A stretch of 64,000 bases of DNA from Lama guanicoe (Eukaryota). A program made the translations under genes and the position numbers. The stretch lies in contig MU054323.1 in the NCBI GenBank assembly GCA_013239625.1, positions 16,682,029-16,746,028 of the forward strand. The letters are read 5' to 3'. Position 1 is the stretch's first letter. Every line of letters starts with the position of its first letter. The notes under the pieces are model-generated. The model had not been told where the DNA came from. It made no database searches and was given only the letters and a program-made list of their open reading frames with translations. Below, one piece after another: positions 61,877-64,000 of this stretch.

Positions 61877-62449
61877 CAGTATTCACAGCAGCACTACTTA
61901 CAATAGCCTGGACGTGGAAACAACCTAAATACCCATCAACAGAGGACTGGATAAAGAAGTTGTGATATACTTATACAATGGAATACTACTCAGCCATGAA
62001 AAAGAATAAAATATTGCCATTTACAATAACATGGATGGACCTGGAGATCGTCATTATAAGTGAAGTAAGCCAGAAAAAGAAAGAAAAATACCATATGATA
62101 GCACTTATATGTGGAATCTTAAAAATGACAAATGAACTTATTTACAAAACAGAAACAGACTCACAGACATAGAAAACAAATTTATGGTTACCGGGAAGGG
62201 GAAGAGGTGGGAAGTGGTAAATTGGGAGTTTGAGGTTTGCAGATACTAACTACTATACATAAAATAGATAAATGGCAAGTTTGTCCTGTGTAGCACAGGG
62301 AACTGTATTTAATATCTTATAGTAACCTATAATAAAAAAGAATATGAAAGCAAATATATGTATTTATATGTGTGACTGAACTCTTATGCTGTACACCAGA
62401 AATTGACACAACATTGTAAACTGATATAGATAAACTTCAATTAAAAAAA
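61877..62449 (+). mobile_element. Lineage-specific L1 3' end nested in an older L1ME
   Basis: ORF2 C-terminal/3'UTR text (MEYYSAMKKNKILPFTITWMDLE), ending in an A-rich tail. Degenerate TSD AAAAAGCAAGCTC / AAAAAGTGGGCTC. L1ME text continues on both sides (61710-61875, 62450-62690). Confidence 0.92.
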
Positions 62450-62596
62450 GTGGGCTCTAAAACTGTTTTCAGAGAAAAGCAGATCTAGATAAATGAAGCA
62501 ATGTATCCACCAGCACCTTATCAGTGCTTATCTTTGCATTGTGGAGAAAGGATGACGATCTTCCTTTCCTACTTTGTGCTCATCTGTATTTGCCAA

Positions 62597-62670
62597 ATTT
62601 CTTGGGTGAGAATATATAACAAAGGATTTCTTCTGTGAGAATATATAACAAAGGATTTCTTTTGTGAGAA
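62597..62670 (+). repeat. 29-bp tandem duplication (~2.5 copies)
   Basis: GTGAGAATATATAACAAAGGATTTCTT(C/T)T at 62606-62634 and 62635-62663. Confidence 0.92.
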
Positions 62671-63086
62671 CATTATAATCAGAGAAAAAACTGTCTGTTC
62701 TTTTTAAAGAGGTTTTTATTTAATCAATTTTCTTCTCACCAGAACACTGATTTCAGACACAGATGCCAGTATCAGAGGGTTCCAAAGGGAAGGAGAGGGA
62801 GGGGGGAGAGCCTTCCCGGACCTGTCCTCTATGCTGATGAAATCTCAGGATAAGAAGCATCACAGGGAAGGATTCTAAAGCTTCTACCCTCAGCTGCCTT
62901 CAAAGAGTGGTCACTGTATCCACGGCCAATGAGCAAAGCACGATGTGTGCTGTGGGAATCGTGGGGGTTAACAAAAGCTACAGATTCTTCTTAAGACAAC
63001 ACTAATGATAATAGTTATTTCTGAAGTTTAAAGTTCCTCACACATATTCAGAGCCTCATAAATATTGGGTAAGGAAAGAGACATTA

Positions 63087-63349
63087 TTTTTTTTTACATT
63101 TTTTATTGATTCATAATCATTTTACAGTGTTGTGTCAAATTCCAGTGTTCAGCACAATTTTTCAGTCATTCATGGACATATACACACTCATTGTCACATT
63201 TTTTTCTCTGTGATTTATCATAACATTTTGTGTATATTTCCCTGTGCTATACAGTGTAATCTTGTTTATCTATTCTACAATTTTGAAATCCCAGTCTATC
63301 CCTTCCCACCCTCTACCCCCCCCGCCCCGGTAACCACAAGTCTGTATTC
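63087..63349 (-). mobile_element. Young 5'-truncated L1 3' end
   Basis: Poly-T then TTTATT and L1 3'UTR antisense; 14-bp TSD GGAAAGAGACATTA (63073-63086) / GGGAAGAGACATTA (63350-63363). Confidence 0.92.
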
Positions 63350-64000
63350 GGGAAGAGACATTAGGCCAAGAAAAATTATTGGAAAATATTAAACAGCGAA
63401 ATTACCAATTAATGAATACTCAGCACAGTGCCGTCGACAGATTATTTTATGGTAGAGGACAGAATGACTCTCATACACTCTGCTTTTCCTGGAAGCATTC
63501 CTGGGTCTCCTGACCACCCAAGTCTTGTGGAATTCTCCCACATTTATCCCTGTTGTCACCGAGGAGAAGCGCTTTCTCTTCTGTTGACCTTCCAGCCTCT
63601 GGTGAGTCTGTCTCCCTCCCGCATGTACGGAAAGTACCCAGGAAACAACATGACCAAAAAATCCACATTTTCAGTCTCAAAGCAAAACCCCAAAGAAAAA
63701 AATGCCCAAAGCCTGATGGAATTTAAGGACCAGAGTTATTCGGGTCAGAAGCTAAAATGAAGTGGCCCACACCGCATTCTTCAAATAGGTGAAGGTTGGA
63801 GGCTGCCGGGTCCTGAGCAAGTAATGTTATGGAAGAGCACATCCAAGGGCGCCCCAGTGTTCACCCTCCTTTGAAGACAAACCACCCCCCATAATTAGAA
63901 ACAGCTTTATTCACCTGCCAGATGTCCATGCTTCCATTAGTGACAGTGTATAATGCTCTTTTTAAAAAAGAATCTGTCCAACCTTAAGAGTTCAGTCTGA

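Noticed and set aside
1..64000. CRISPR arrays, operons or other prokaryotic systems
   Set aside because: The sequence is clearly mammalian (spliced gene, SINEs, LINEs) and I saw no regularly spaced repeat-spacer array.

Overview
Mammalian genomic DNA, most likely camelid (it carries a tRNA-Ala-derived SINE resembling Vic-1, plus young L1 3' ends of cetartiodactyl/camelid type). The only protein-coding gene I can support is CYP1B1 on the minus strand. It has three exons: non-coding exon 1 (~34498-34104), exon 2 (33683-32661) and exon 3 (29912-~26120), encoding an intact 536-aa P450. The gene sits in a ~4 kb CpG island with the known CYP1B1 core promoter (TTAAAA box, Inr, two GC boxes) and an AhR/XRE enhancer, and its ~3.2 kb 3'UTR retains the miR-27b element. 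The rest is repeat-rich intergenic DNA (L1, L2, L3/CR1, MIR, hAT/TcMar MERs, LTR remnants, microsatellites). I found no evidence of a new protein-coding system. The most notable observations are: (i) a ~350 bp L1 made of the 5' promoter end fused directly to the 3' end; (ii) an apparent ancient L1 3'-transduction that splits a hAT element; (iii) a 7-aa deletion in the CYP1B1 H-I loop; (iv) a 5'UTR with no upstream ATG but a strong hairpin; (v) proximal poly(A) signals that would drop the miR-27 site; (vi) a candidate distal paired-XRE enhancer at about -12.8 kb. Repeat family names and human comparisons come from recalled sequences and need RepeatMasker/Dfam and alignment confirmation.
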